64,000 nt of DNA from Acidobacteriota bacterium (GTDB lineage: Bacteria > Acidobacteriota > UBA6911), in assembly GCA_963664705.1 (NCBI GenBank), contig OY761556.1, positions 928,001 through 992,000 on the forward strand. The letters are read 5' to 3'. The stretch's first letter is position 1; each line of letters starts with the position of its first letter. Below are positions 50,870 to 60,318 of the stretch, piece by piece. The notes beneath the pieces were generated by a model. The model had not been told where the DNA came from, did not search any database, and saw only the letters and a list, made by a program, of their open reading frames with translations. Position numbers and translations under genes: made by a program.

Positions 50870-53242
50870 CTAGGGCAGATATTCCCAGAACTCTGTCCGG
50901 AGCCATCGGATCGCCCGCCGGGAGGCGATCTCGTAAATGCTTCTCTTGCCGCAGCGTATCTTTCCGACTCCTGTCATCCCCGCGCGCAAACTGCCGTCCG
51001 GGTTTGGCAACTCCCCCTGAACCGTCACGGTCTTCTGGTTGCCGCCCGAGGTCGCAACCGGGGCAATGCTTCGCACATGCGCTTCATACCAGCGGCGGGG
51101 ATACCCGCGCACTTTTATCGTAATGGGATAGCCCAAATGGATGTCCCCAATTTCCTTCTCCGGAACCGGCATCTCGACAATCATGGTCGAATTGCTGACG
51201 ATTTCGCAGAAGACATTCCCCTTGTCGAGGAAATCGCCGATCCTGTTGTGCAGATACGAAGTCGCCACCGTCCCGTCAATGGGACTCCGGATCTTCATCA
51301 ATTCTACCTGGCGGTCCAGGATCCGGAGCTTCTCTTCAAGCTTGTCCACCTGCGATTCCACCGCCCGGATCGATTCCTTCCGTGCGCCCGCCAGCAGTAT
51401 CTTCAGTTCGCTATGCGCCTGCGCCAGTTCTTTCTTTTTGACGTCCCTGTTCCGCTCGATCTGCTCTTCGAGAACGCTTAATTGCCCTTTGGCCGCCGAA
51501 ACTTCCTTTTGCTGCACTTCATAGGCGGTCCGGTCTCTGTCTACTTCATTCCGCGGGATCAGCTGCGCCTTCAGCAGGTTCTGCGCCCGCTCATAATTCA
51601 ACCTGGCATTGGCAAGCTCCGCTTCTTTTTTGGCCATGGTGTCCCGAAGCACCGCCCGTTCCTGGTCAACCTTGCCGATGCTGGCCAGTTCCGCATTTTT
51701 GGTTTCGATCAGACTTCTGGCTTTCTCGATTTCCTCGGGCCGCGTTCCTGCATTCAACAAATCCAGCGAGGCCTTTTGCGCCTGCAGCTCGCCTTTGACA
51801 TCCTCATAGCTGTTCGACAGCTCGAGGTTTTCGATTTCCGCGAGTACATCACCCGCGCGCACCTGGCTCCCCTGTTCGACATAGATCTTCTTGAGATTGC
51901 CCAGAACTTCCGGCGTTACCGACACTCTCCTGGAGGCGAGCATCGTAAAATCGCCGGATACCTTCATTTCCCAGGGCAGAAAGCCGGCCAGCAGGACCAG
52001 GAGGAGCAGAACCAGGATCAGAGGATTTTTTCGAAAACGTACAATCACCGCTTTGGTCACCTTCCCGGAAGCAGCTACATTATCCCTGCTCGCGACTGGA
52101 ACCGTCATAAAAAAAAGCGCCGAGATCAAAACCACGCCCCACGACTGATATTCTTCCACAAACCAGGCGCCCAGCCTCTGAAACATCACCCAGATGATCA
52201 GCAGCGTAAACAGAGAAGACGCGCTTCCGTAAATAAAAAACAACCGCTTCTCTCTGCGGCTCAGCATCTGTTCAGCGGAAGAACGACTCCCGGTCAGCAG
52301 CGAAAGGAGCCGGTTTTTCACATAGGCAAGGGCCTTCGGTCGCAGGTTCGGCACTTCGATGAGATCGCTCAGGAAATAGTAGCCGTCCAAACGGATCAAT
52401 GGATTGAAGTTGAGAATGGTCTGAATCGCGTTGAATGCTATCGCGATCAGGCATATCCGGCTTGCAAGCGTTTCCGTCGCCAGGAGTCTCCAGCCAATCG
52501 TTGCGATGGCCCAGAGAATGACCTGCGCATAGGCGCCGGCAAGTGTGATCCGGATCCGTTCTCTCTTTTTCAGCAGCCAGGCATCACTGACATTGCAGTA
52601 GAAAGCCGGAATAAAATAGAGGATCAGGAACCCCATCTCGGTTACCTTGCCTCCAAAATGCTTGAGGGCAAGGCCGTGGGCAAACTCATGAATGGTCATG
52701 ATCGCAAAGATGACAACCAATGCCGTCGGGATGGAGGAAATGGTAAAAATGGCTCCCATCGAGAGAAACAGGGACTCGCTGTTTAGTATCGAAATGATGG
52801 CGGATACGAGCGCTGCGATCCACACCAGCGCTGAAAAGGCGGGGGCAAAGCAGAAGCGCAGCCTGCGCTCCAACCGGGTGAGAAGCTGGTCCGGGTTAAA
52901 GGCGTGGATTTTGATCGACAGCAGACTTCGGATGATCGTTCGTTTTCTTGCGGCCGCGCCGCTCAGCTTATTCCAGCAGTATGGGTGATCCAGGAGCAGC
53001 AGCGCCTGCAGTTTTCCCAGGAATTCCCGCAACTGCTCTTCCGTGACAGGCGTCTGGTGCTTCTCGGTGACCTGGGCCGCGATGGCAGGCAGATCATTCT
53101 GCCCGTTCAAAAGATCAAGAACGGAAGCCTGCACCGGCGTGAATCGATAAAAGCGCAGAGTAACCGGATCTTTTACAACGACACCGGCATTCTGTTCCGA
53201 ACGAATGTCCAGATCCGATCGCAGCTTCGCATGATTCGCCAT
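50870..53242 (-). CDS. PqqD/RRE-like domain + M50 intramembrane metalloprotease + HlyD-type membrane fusion protein
   Basis: VVKDP.T.RFYRF..wHTH; HEFAH, NFNPLIRLDGY; lipoyl-like GSQVRAGDVL, long coiled coil, IRSPIDG, LRAGMTG. Confidence 0.88.
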   Translation of the reverse strand: MANHAKLRSDLDIRSEQNAGVVVKDPVTLRFYRFTPVQASVLDLLNGQNDLPAIAAQVTEKHQTPVTEEQLREFLGKLQALLLLDHPYCWNKLSGAAARKRTIIRSLLSIKIHAFNPDQLLTRLERRLRFCFAPAFSALVWIAALVSAIISILNSESLFLSMGAIFTISSIPTALVVIFAIMTIHEFAHGLALKHFGGKVTEMGFLILYFIPAFYCNVSDAWLLKKRERIRITLAGAYAQVILWAIATIGWRLLATETLASRICLIAIAFNAIQTILNFNPLIRLDGYYFLSDLIEVPNLRPKALAYVKNRLLSLLTGSRSSAEQMLSRREKRLFFIYGSASSLFTLLIIWVMFQRLGAWFVEEYQSWGVVLISALFFMTVPVASRDNVAASGKVTKAVIVRFRKNPLILVLLLLVLLAGFLPWEMKVSGDFTMLASRRVSVTPEVLGNLKKIYVEQGSQVRAGDVLAEIENLELSNSYEDVKGELQAQKASLDLLNAGTRPEEIEKARSLIETKNAELASIGKVDQERAVLRDTMAKKEAELANARLNYERAQNLLKAQLIPRNEVDRDRTAYEVQQKEVSAAKGQLSVLEEQIERNRDVKKKELAQAHSELKILLAGARKESIRAVESQVDKLEEKLRILDRQVELMKIRSPIDGTVATSYLHNRIGDFLDKGNVFCEIVSNSTMIVEMPVPEKEIGDIHLGYPITIKVRGYPRRWYEAHVRSIAPVATSGGNQKTVTVQGELPNPDGSLRAGMTGVGKIRCGKRSIYEIASRRAIRWLRTEFWEYLP

Positions 53243-53439
53243 CTCGAGCCTCTGTACAGAGATACGGGGGCTAGATTTCAGTATGGATGCGCATCATAGT
53301 GTTAGATGCGGGCAATTGCAATGGGAATGAATTCCTATTTCGGTCCCGCCGCGGGACGCAGCTTCAAATTGACTGACCGGGTCGAGTGCTGTATAAAGAT
53401 TGGTTCGAACTAATCTAGGAAAGCCGCAAAAGGAGAATT

Positions 53440-54282
53440 ATGCTATTCAAAAAAGGTATCTTGGTTTTCATGGTGCTGGCCGTGGCTGTTGCGTTGTGCG
53501 GTTGTGGAAAAAAGTCTGAAGAGTCGCAGGGAGAAACCGCCGCGCCCGCAAAAGCTGTGGTAAACCCGGGGGAAATGGTTTTGATTCCTGCCGGCGAATT
53601 CATAATGGGCAGCAATATCAAGGGTAGCGACGGCAAAGAAACCCTTGCCTTTCCGGAACACAAAATGAATTTGCCCGCCTACTGGATTGATAAATATGAA
53701 GTAACAAACTTCCAGATGCTCGATTTCGCCATTAAAGAAAAATATACCGGCGAAGGCGCCAAAGAGGGAAAAGACTGGAGACTCTTTGCTACTCCGGACA
53801 AAGCGCTGGTCCCCGTTCAATATGTCACCTTCAACGATGCCCAAGCGTACTGCAAGTCCGTAGGGAAGAGACTTCCTACGGAAGCCGAGTGGGAAAAAGC
53901 CGCGCGCGGTGCGGATGGGAAAGCCTATCCCTGGGGGAATGAATGGGTAGACGGCCGCAGCAATACCGCCGAAACCGGACTTCTGAAGCCCGCTAATGTG
54001 GGCGAGTACGACGACGTGAGCCAGTATGGTGCCCACGATATGCTGGGCAATGTGCGGGAATGGACTTCGACCCCGTTTGAACTCTATGCCGGAAATACCG
54101 CCAAAAACCCGGGCAAAGGACGCTTTGTTGTCCGCGGCCTGTCCCCGAACCACAAGGGCAAAATGGCTCACCTGTGGGATCGCGACGGATATCCCGCCGC
54201 ATTTCTTGGCGATGTAGGCTTCCGTTGCGCCAAGGATGCAACTCCGGAAGATGCCGCCAAGGCTGCCGCACCGGCCAAGTAA
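53440..54282 (+). CDS. FGE-sulfatase (SUMF1/PvdO-like) domain lipoprotein
   Basis: Lipobox LCGC; IPAGEFIMGS, RLPTEAEWEKAARG, DMLGNV.EW, GFRCA. Confidence 0.88.
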   Translation: MLFKKGILVFMVLAVAVALCGCGKKSEESQGETAAPAKAVVNPGEMVLIPAGEFIMGSNIKGSDGKETLAFPEHKMNLPAYWIDKYEVTNFQMLDFAIKEKYTGEGAKEGKDWRLFATPDKALVPVQYVTFNDAQAYCKSVGKRLPTEAEWEKAARGADGKAYPWGNEWVDGRSNTAETGLLKPANVGEYDDVSQYGAHDMLGNVREWTSTPFELYAGNTAKNPGKGRFVVRGLSPNHKGKMAHLWDRDGYPAAFLGDVGFRCAKDATPEDAAKAAAPAK

Positions 54283-54307
54283 AAATCGCTTTTCCTGTCT
54301 AAAACCA

Positions 54308-54338
54308 AAAAGGCTCAAGGAATCTCCTTGAGCCTTTC
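54308..54338. terminator. Bidirectional terminator
   Basis: AAAGGCTCAAGG/CCTTGAGCCTTT with A/T flanks. Confidence 0.8.
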
Positions 54339-54361
54339 GATTTTTATGGACAGCAAAAGAG

Positions 54362-55552
54362 CTAGAGCGCCCGCAAAAAGAAACACTTCAAATAGTGTGT
54401 TTCCGGCATCCCCGCCAGAATGGGATGATCACTGGCCTGGCTTCTGCGTTCGATGACCTGCACCTGCCGGCGCGCATCCTGCGCGGCCTCGCAGATCACG
54501 CCGAAAAAATCGTCCTCCAGCATGTGGTAGGAACAGCTCGAAGTGATGAGTATCCCCTCTGGTCGCAGCAGCTTCAGTGCCCGCAGATTTATTTCCTTAT
54601 AGCCGCTGCGGGCCCCCGCGAGTGCCTTGCGATTTTTGGCGAACGCGGGCGGATCCAGGCAAATCAGATCAAACAGCCGGCCGGCACTTTCCAGATCGCG
54701 CAGATAATCAAACACATTGGCTTCCACATACTCGATATTCCGGATTCCATTGAGCTCGCCGTTCCGGCGCGCCTGCACCAGCGAATCCTGCGAGATGTCC
54801 ACCGCCAACACCGATTCGCAGTTGGGCGCAAATTGAAGTGCAAACGCTCCCGTGTTGGTGAAGCAATCCAGAACCTGGCCGGAGGCGTACCTTCCTGCCT
54901 CCACCCTGTTCTGGCTTTGATCCAGGAAGAAACCGGTCTTTTGACCGTGGAGAAGATTTACGGACAGGCGTATGGCGCCTTCTTGGATAATGACTTCTTC
55001 CGGAATGCTGCCCCACACGACGCCGCTGGTCTCTTCGAGGCCTTCCAGTCTGCGTGCTTTCACATCGTTTCTTTCCATGATGCCTGACGGACTCACAATT
55101 TCCTTCAGCAGGTCAATCAGCAGGGGCTTTAGCGCATCAGCCCCGCTTGAAAGAGTTTGAAGTGCAAGGTAGTCGCCGTACCGGTCAATAATGATTCCCG
55201 GCAGCAGATCTCCTTCGCCAAAAACGAGGCGGCCTGCGGACGATGAGCCAAACTGGATTTGCCGGCGGGCAATGGAATGGAGGATTCGGTCTCGAAAGAA
55301 CTCTCGGCTGAGCGGTTCCGCATCCCGCGATAGCATGCGCAGGCGTATTTGCGATTCCCGGCTGTAAAAGGCATAGCCAAGAATATTCCCGGCCGCATCC
55401 ACGATTTGAACGATCGGAGGATTGCCTTCCACCTTTTCTTTCGCAACATCCCCGGCATAAATCCAGAGGTGTCCACGTCGAATGCGGCGGATGCCCGCCG
55501 GCGTTATCTGAACCTTATTGCTGACCGTGAATGGATTCAATGAGGACTCCAT
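54362..55552 (-). CDS. rlmI: 23S rRNA m5C1962 methyltransferase-like
   Basis: GHLWIY PUA, EGDLLPG..IDRY, GQKTGFFLDQ, LDPPAF, SSCS. Confidence 0.85.
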   Translation of the reverse strand: MESSLNPFTVSNKVQITPAGIRRIRRGHLWIYAGDVAKEKVEGNPPIVQIVDAAGNILGYAFYSRESQIRLRMLSRDAEPLSREFFRDRILHSIARRQIQFGSSSAGRLVFGEGDLLPGIIIDRYGDYLALQTLSSGADALKPLLIDLLKEIVSPSGIMERNDVKARRLEGLEETSGVVWGSIPEEVIIQEGAIRLSVNLLHGQKTGFFLDQSQNRVEAGRYASGQVLDCFTNTGAFALQFAPNCESVLAVDISQDSLVQARRNGELNGIRNIEYVEANVFDYLRDLESAGRLFDLICLDPPAFAKNRKALAGARSGYKEINLRALKLLRPEGILITSSCSYHMLEDDFFGVICEAAQDARRQVQVIERRSQASDHPILAGMPETHYLKCFFLRAL

Positions 55553-55564
55553 GTTCTTTGTAAG

Positions 55565-56875
55565 TTAATCCGCTTCAGAGTTCGGTGGAAACGCAGCCCG
55601 GACGTGCGCCATCGCCTCTTCACGACTGCGAATCGTCCCTTCAATCTGCAGGTCTTCAATTGCGCGGAGAATCGTTTTGAACAGCGGGCCGGGCGTGTAC
55701 CCCATGCCGATAAGATCCTCCCCGCTCAGCAAAGGCGCCGGGATCGGATGTTTCTCATATTGCGCCAGCTTTTCGATACAGAATCTGTAAGTGTCGATGC
55801 TTCGGCCGCCGCTCAGCCTGTCTACTCGATGGAGCTCGAGGTGAGATTCGATATCGGGCCGGTGCAGCAGCCTGTACAGCTCACTTTCCCGCAGCTCGCG
55901 CACTCTTCTGAACCGGCTGTGCATTGCCACCAGATCCACAATTTGGATCGTTTCCTCATTGGACAATCGCAGGCGGCGACAGATCGACTCCGCGATTCTG
56001 CTGCCCAATTCCGCATGTCTTTTGAGCAAATCCGGACTTCCCGAAGCGATAGCCTGTGGCTTGCCGACGTCGTGGAGCAAGGCTCCAAAGGCCAGGACCA
56101 GCGAAGGTTTTCGCAATAATTCGAGGAGGCGCCGGGTGTGCGCCAGAACGTCCTCCTGCGATTTCGACTGAAACGAGGTTGGGACTTCCCGCAGGGCATC
56201 GATTTCGGGCAAGACATATTTCAATATGCCGCTGGATTGGAGCAGGTCCAGACCCTGACTCGGCGCAGATCCAGTGAGGATCCGCGTCAGTTCATCCCGT
56301 ATGCGCTCCCAACTGACCTGTAGAATCTGCGGGGCCGACTCCTGGATCGCGATCCAGGTTTCCGGCACGATTGCAAACCCTAGCGTACACGAAAACCGCA
56401 GTGCGCGAAGCATGCGCAGCTTATCTTCGGAGAAGCGCAGCCCGGGATCTCCGATGGTCCGGATCAAACCGGACTCCAGATCCCTCCTGCCCTGAACATA
56501 GTCGATAATGCGGTCGTCGATGGGATCAAAAAAGAGACCATTGATGGTGAAGTCCCGTCGCAGGGCATCCTGTTCCGGTCCGTCGAAGGTGACCGCGGTC
56601 GGATGTCTTCCATCCAGATACTCGTGATCACTGCGAAAAGTTGCGACTTCGTAGAAGTGGCCGTACATCGGCACCTGGACGACGCCAAATTGCGCGCCGA
56701 TCAGGCGTGATCTCGGGAACAGCCGGTGCACTGCTTCCGGAAGGGCGCTGGTGGCAATGTCAATATCCTTGGGTTTTCGGTTCAGGAGATAATCCCGTAC
56801 CCAGCCTCCGGCAAAGAACGCCGCATGTCCATGAAGACGAAGTTTTTCCACAATGCGGCGGGCGGCTGTTCTCAT
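55565..56875 (-). CDS. cca: CCA tRNA nucleotidyltransferase (HD domain)
   Basis: GGWVRD...KDIDIAT, EVATFR, RRDFTIN, EDKLRMLRA, LLHDVGK. Confidence 0.88.
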   Translation of the reverse strand: MRTAARRIVEKLRLHGHAAFFAGGWVRDYLLNRKPKDIDIATSALPEAVHRLFPRSRLIGAQFGVVQVPMYGHFYEVATFRSDHEYLDGRHPTAVTFDGPEQDALRRDFTINGLFFDPIDDRIIDYVQGRRDLESGLIRTIGDPGLRFSEDKLRMLRALRFSCTLGFAIVPETWIAIQESAPQILQVSWERIRDELTRILTGSAPSQGLDLLQSSGILKYVLPEIDALREVPTSFQSKSQEDVLAHTRRLLELLRKPSLVLAFGALLHDVGKPQAIASGSPDLLKRHAELGSRIAESICRRLRLSNEETIQIVDLVAMHSRFRRVRELRESELYRLLHRPDIESHLELHRVDRLSGGRSIDTYRFCIEKLAQYEKHPIPAPLLSGEDLIGMGYTPGPLFKTILRAIEDLQIEGTIRSREEAMAHVRAAFPPNSEAD

Positions 56876-56920
56876 TCGATTCCGGAATCGTATGGATAAC
56901 GTCGGCGACGGCCGGCTTCG

Positions 56921-58039
56921 TCATCCCAGTTTTTCAAGATATTTGTTCCAGTTGTCTTCCCGAAACAGCTTCCGGAAAAGCGTGCGGTAGCGGGCAAAGG
57001 CTTTCTTGTCACCCAGCTTGTGATAGCTCAGAGCCATGCGGACATAGAACAGATCGTCATTCGGGAATCGCTTGGACAACTGCAGCGTTTTTTCACCCTC
57101 CTCCGCCGCTTCCTTGTAGCGGCCGAGTTCGTAGTAGTTGTCGGTCAGATAGCTTCGGGCCTCTGCCTTTTCCAGCTTGCTGCCCGATCCGCGGCGCAGC
57201 AATTCCAGCGTGATGATGAGCGACTTTTCGAAGGCTTCGAGCCGGAATTGGCATTCCGCCATTTTGAGGTAAACCCAGACGAGATCTTTCCGCTTCTCGG
57301 TGATTTCTTTCAGTTGGATCATCTTCTCGTAGGTTTCCAGGGCCATCTTATAATTCGAGAGTTGCCGATAGCAATCCGCCATCTTCAACTGCATTTCATC
57401 GCGCCGCTCGAATTGCGGATCCAGTTCCAGGACCTTTGAGAAGTGCTTGATGGCTTCCAGGTATTGCTTCAGGCCCATGTAATTATTGGCCATGGTTTCG
57501 TACAGATAGCTGAGTCCCGGATCATTGTCGCTGAGTACCTGGATGGCCTTCTGCGAATACCGGATGGCTTCTTCGTGTTTCCCGAGCGCTTCATAATTGC
57601 GGCTGATCCCCGCGAACAGCATCCAGCGTGTGTCCTTTTCCTGGCTGTCCACGTATGCTTCGCAGATCTTCCGGGCTTCCAGCGATTTGGCGGTTTTGCC
57701 GTGATACTCGTAAAGTGAACCCAGGTGAAAATGCACGAAACCGCACATGTCACGCATGAACTCCGGCTTGTCCGGCTCAAATAGCGCCGCGGATTTTGTC
57801 AGGCAGTCAAAGGCCTTTTTGTCATCGCCCGTGTTGTAATGGCAGATGCCGATGCGGCCCGTAAAATAAGCCTGGATGTTGTGTTCCTTTGCCAGCTTCA
57901 ATGCCTCGGCATATATTTTGACGGCTTCGGAGTAATTCTCTTTTTCAAACAATTCTTCCGCGTATGCGTCGTAGAGGGAAATTCGCTGTTCATTCGTATC
58001 TGCTTTTTTTAGCTGTGCGTTAAATTGTTGTCGATTCAC
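56921..58039 (-). CDS. Tetratricopeptide repeat protein
   Basis: Multiple TPR-like helical repeats; GTG after GGAGG. Confidence 0.85.
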   Translation of the reverse strand: MNRQQFNAQLKKADTNEQRISLYDAYAEELFEKENYSEAVKIYAEALKLAKEHNIQAYFTGRIGICHYNTGDDKKAFDCLTKSAALFEPDKPEFMRDMCGFVHFHLGSLYEYHGKTAKSLEARKICEAYVDSQEKDTRWMLFAGISRNYEALGKHEEAIRYSQKAIQVLSDNDPGLSYLYETMANNYMGLKQYLEAIKHFSKVLELDPQFERRDEMQLKMADCYRQLSNYKMALETYEKMIQLKEITEKRKDLVWVYLKMAECQFRLEAFEKSLIITLELLRRGSGSKLEKAEARSYLTDNYYELGRYKEAAEEGEKTLQLSKRFPNDDLFYVRMALSYHKLGDKKAFARYRTLFRKLFREDNWNKYLEKLG

Positions 58040-58153
58040 CGGTTGCCACCTCCGGAGCATTAGGGTAAAACCTACTATACAACACTTTCAGCAACATCTT
58101 CCTTTTTCATTAGTGCTTTGCGCGAAAAGTCCGCGTTTTCGCTTTGGAGCCGG

Positions 58154-58840
58154 TTATTGATGCACCAGGATGAATCCCGCGTGTACGTCCACCTTCTCGA
58201 TGTTGTCGAAAAGGCTGGATGGCTGCAAAGGGTCAAAAGGAGGATTCTGTTTTCGTCCTACCGCCGAAATGATCTCCTCCACGAGGGCTTTGGGAAGAGT
58301 GGTTGTGTCAAACCGGGCCTGCTCCAATCGGAAATACGCCTTTCCATTCCCGCTGACAAGCTGTCCCCGCGCTGTTAGCGTGTGTACGCCGGACAGCATG
58401 AAGCTGAGCAGTTTGGGCAAAACCTTGGTCGAGGTCGCTCCCAGGCGGTCAAAGTCGATGGCTGCGACTGCCTGCAGTTTGTCCTCCTCAAATTTGAAAA
58501 CCAGGTCTTTCAGGCTTGGATGATATCTCGATTTCAGATCCAGGGAGAGATAGGAATTTACCTCGGCTTCAGTGAATTGCGTTGCCTGCCTCTGCCCGGA
58601 CTTATGATGCGCGGCAAAATACTCAATGCTTTTCAGCTTGGAAGCGCACTGATTGGCTGCCGCTCTGGATATTCCCGGTCGAACGGATTCCGTTGCCGCT
58701 GCCCAACTGAGGAATAATCCCATGGCAAGGAATGCCAGCGGATATAGTGAGGCAAAGACGGGTTTCCCGACCGCGCAGCTATCGGATGATCCGGAGCGTG
58801 CGGTTCCACCGGGTTTTGGTGAAGAAATTGAGGAAGACAT
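58154..58840 (-). CDS. Membrane-anchored/exported hypothetical protein
   Basis: TM then FTEAEVNSY beta domain; in the lepB operon; start uncertain. Confidence 0.65.
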   Translation of the reverse strand: MSSSISSPKPGGTARSGSSDSCAVGKPVFASLYPLAFLAMGLFLSWAAATESVRPGISRAAANQCASKLKSIEYFAAHHKSGQRQATQFTEAEVNSYLSLDLKSRYHPSLKDLVFKFEEDKLQAVAAIDFDRLGATSTKVLPKLLSFMLSGVHTLTARGQLVSGNGKAYFRLEQARFDTTTLPKALVEEIISAVGRKQNPPFDPLQPSSLFDNIEKVDVHAGFILVHQ

Positions 58841-59438
58841 CGGCGAATTGTTTCAGTCGATCCGGTACGGTTGTTTGGAGGTACTCGTCCCTGGGCGTCT
58901 CGAAGGACCAGTAGATCACCAGTGCCTTGCCAAGAATATAGTCCCGCGGCACAAAGCCCCAGTAACGGCTGTCCTGGCTGTTATCCCTGTTGTCGCCCAT
59001 GGCGAAATACTTGTCCGGCGGCACATCGATGGGGCCAAAGTGATCATTGATGCTGCCGGGATCAATATACTGCGTATAGGTTTCCTTCAGCGGCTGGCCG
59101 TTGATGAGGATGGTGTGTCCCACCATTTCCAGTTTATCCCCGGGCATGCCGATCAGCCTTTTTACGTAAGCGACTTCCGGGCTGTTCGGGTATTTGAAGA
59201 CGATAACATCTCCCCGTTTGGGCGCTTTGTATGGAAAAAACCTGGACCAGAATCCGGAATGCAAACCATAAACGAATTTGTTGACCAGCAGATGGTCGCC
59301 GATGAGGAGATTGGATTCCATCGAGCCGGTCGGAATTTTAAACGCCTGCACGACGAAGGTTGTCGCAAATAAAGCGATAATGGCGGTGATCACGATGGAC
59401 TCGAAATATTCCCGAACCGTCGATTTTTGGAATTCCAT
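58779..59438 (-). CDS. lepB: Signal peptidase I
   Basis: IPTGSME (Ser), YVKRLIG (Lys), GDNRDNSQDSR. Confidence 0.95.
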   Translation of the reverse strand: MEFQKSTVREYFESIVITAIIALFATTFVVQAFKIPTGSMESNLLIGDHLLVNKFVYGLHSGFWSRFFPYKAPKRGDVIVFKYPNSPEVAYVKRLIGMPGDKLEMVGHTILINGQPLKETYTQYIDPGSINDHFGPIDVPPDKYFAMGDNRDNSQDSRYWGFVPRDYILGKALVIYWSFETPRDEYLQTTVPDRLKQFADVFLNFFTKTRWNRTLRIIR

Positions 59439-59564
59439 CGTTTTTCCCTCCGGCTTCATGGGTTTCCCAAAGGCAAATAATTTAGCATAGGGGGAGGATC
59501 GACACAACGGATTGAAAGCATGGGTATATAATCCCCTCATCCACATCGACTCTGGAGGCAGGCA

Positions 59565-60287
59565 ATGAACAAGGTGGCTCTGGTTACGGGTTCAACGAAT
59601 AATATCGGGAAAGCCATTGCGGAAACCCTGGCACGGCGCGGATTTCACGTTGTGATCACTTCGCGGAACGAGGAAGAGGCCCGGATGGTAGCGGAAGGCT
59701 TGTCGATTCCCGGATCGTATTTCCGGACGGATTTCTCGGAGGTGGCATCGATTGAGTCCCTGTTCGGTTTCATCGAAAGAAAACTGAACAGGCTGGATGT
59801 TCTGGTGAATAATGTCGCCTCTACAAAGAACGAATCGATATCCGACTGCGATCTGGCCACGTGGGAATACACCATCAATACGAATCTGCGCAGCTATTAT
59901 CTCTGCACTCGGCTTGCTTCCGAGATGATGAAAAAGCAGGGCGGCGGCTGCATCGTCAACGTGACGGTCTCCAGTTCAAGGGGATTAAAAAACAAGTTTT
60001 CCTATGTTGTGTCGAAAGGCGGGGTAAACAGCCTCACCCAATGTGCCGCTTTGGATCTGGCCCGATTCAATATACGGGTGAATGCCGTTGGTTCGGGGCT
60101 GGTTGGAACACCGGTTGGCTATCGGGAGTATGTGAACCGGCCCTTTGAGAATCCATCGATTCCACTGGGGCATATTGGAGAGCCTTCAGATGTTGCGGAG
60201 GCCACGGCTTTCCTGGTATCGGAGGAAGCCCGGTACATAACGGGAGCTCTATTGCCGGTGGACGGCGGGGTGAATGCAACGCTTTGA
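59565..60287 (+). CDS. Short-chain dehydrogenase/reductase
   Basis: TGSTNNIG, LVNN, YVVSK, VDGG. Confidence 0.9.
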   Translation: MNKVALVTGSTNNIGKAIAETLARRGFHVVITSRNEEEARMVAEGLSIPGSYFRTDFSEVASIESLFGFIERKLNRLDVLVNNVASTKNESISDCDLATWEYTINTNLRSYYLCTRLASEMMKKQGGGCIVNVTVSSSRGLKNKFSYVVSKGGVNSLTQCAALDLARFNIRVNAVGSGLVGTPVGYREYVNRPFENPSIPLGHIGEPSDVAEATAFLVSEEARYITGALLPVDGGVNATL

Positions 60288-60318
60288 TGTCCGGTCTTCG
60301 ATGTGGGGAGGGGATGCC

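Noticed and set aside
51482-52786. 434-aa plus-strand ORF
   Set aside because: Antisense shadow of the RRE-M50-HlyD gene; no motifs.
53440-54282. FGE-domain lipoprotein as a tailoring enzyme of the peptide system
   Set aside because: Divergently transcribed and lacks the FGE catalytic Cys pair; only adjacency links it.
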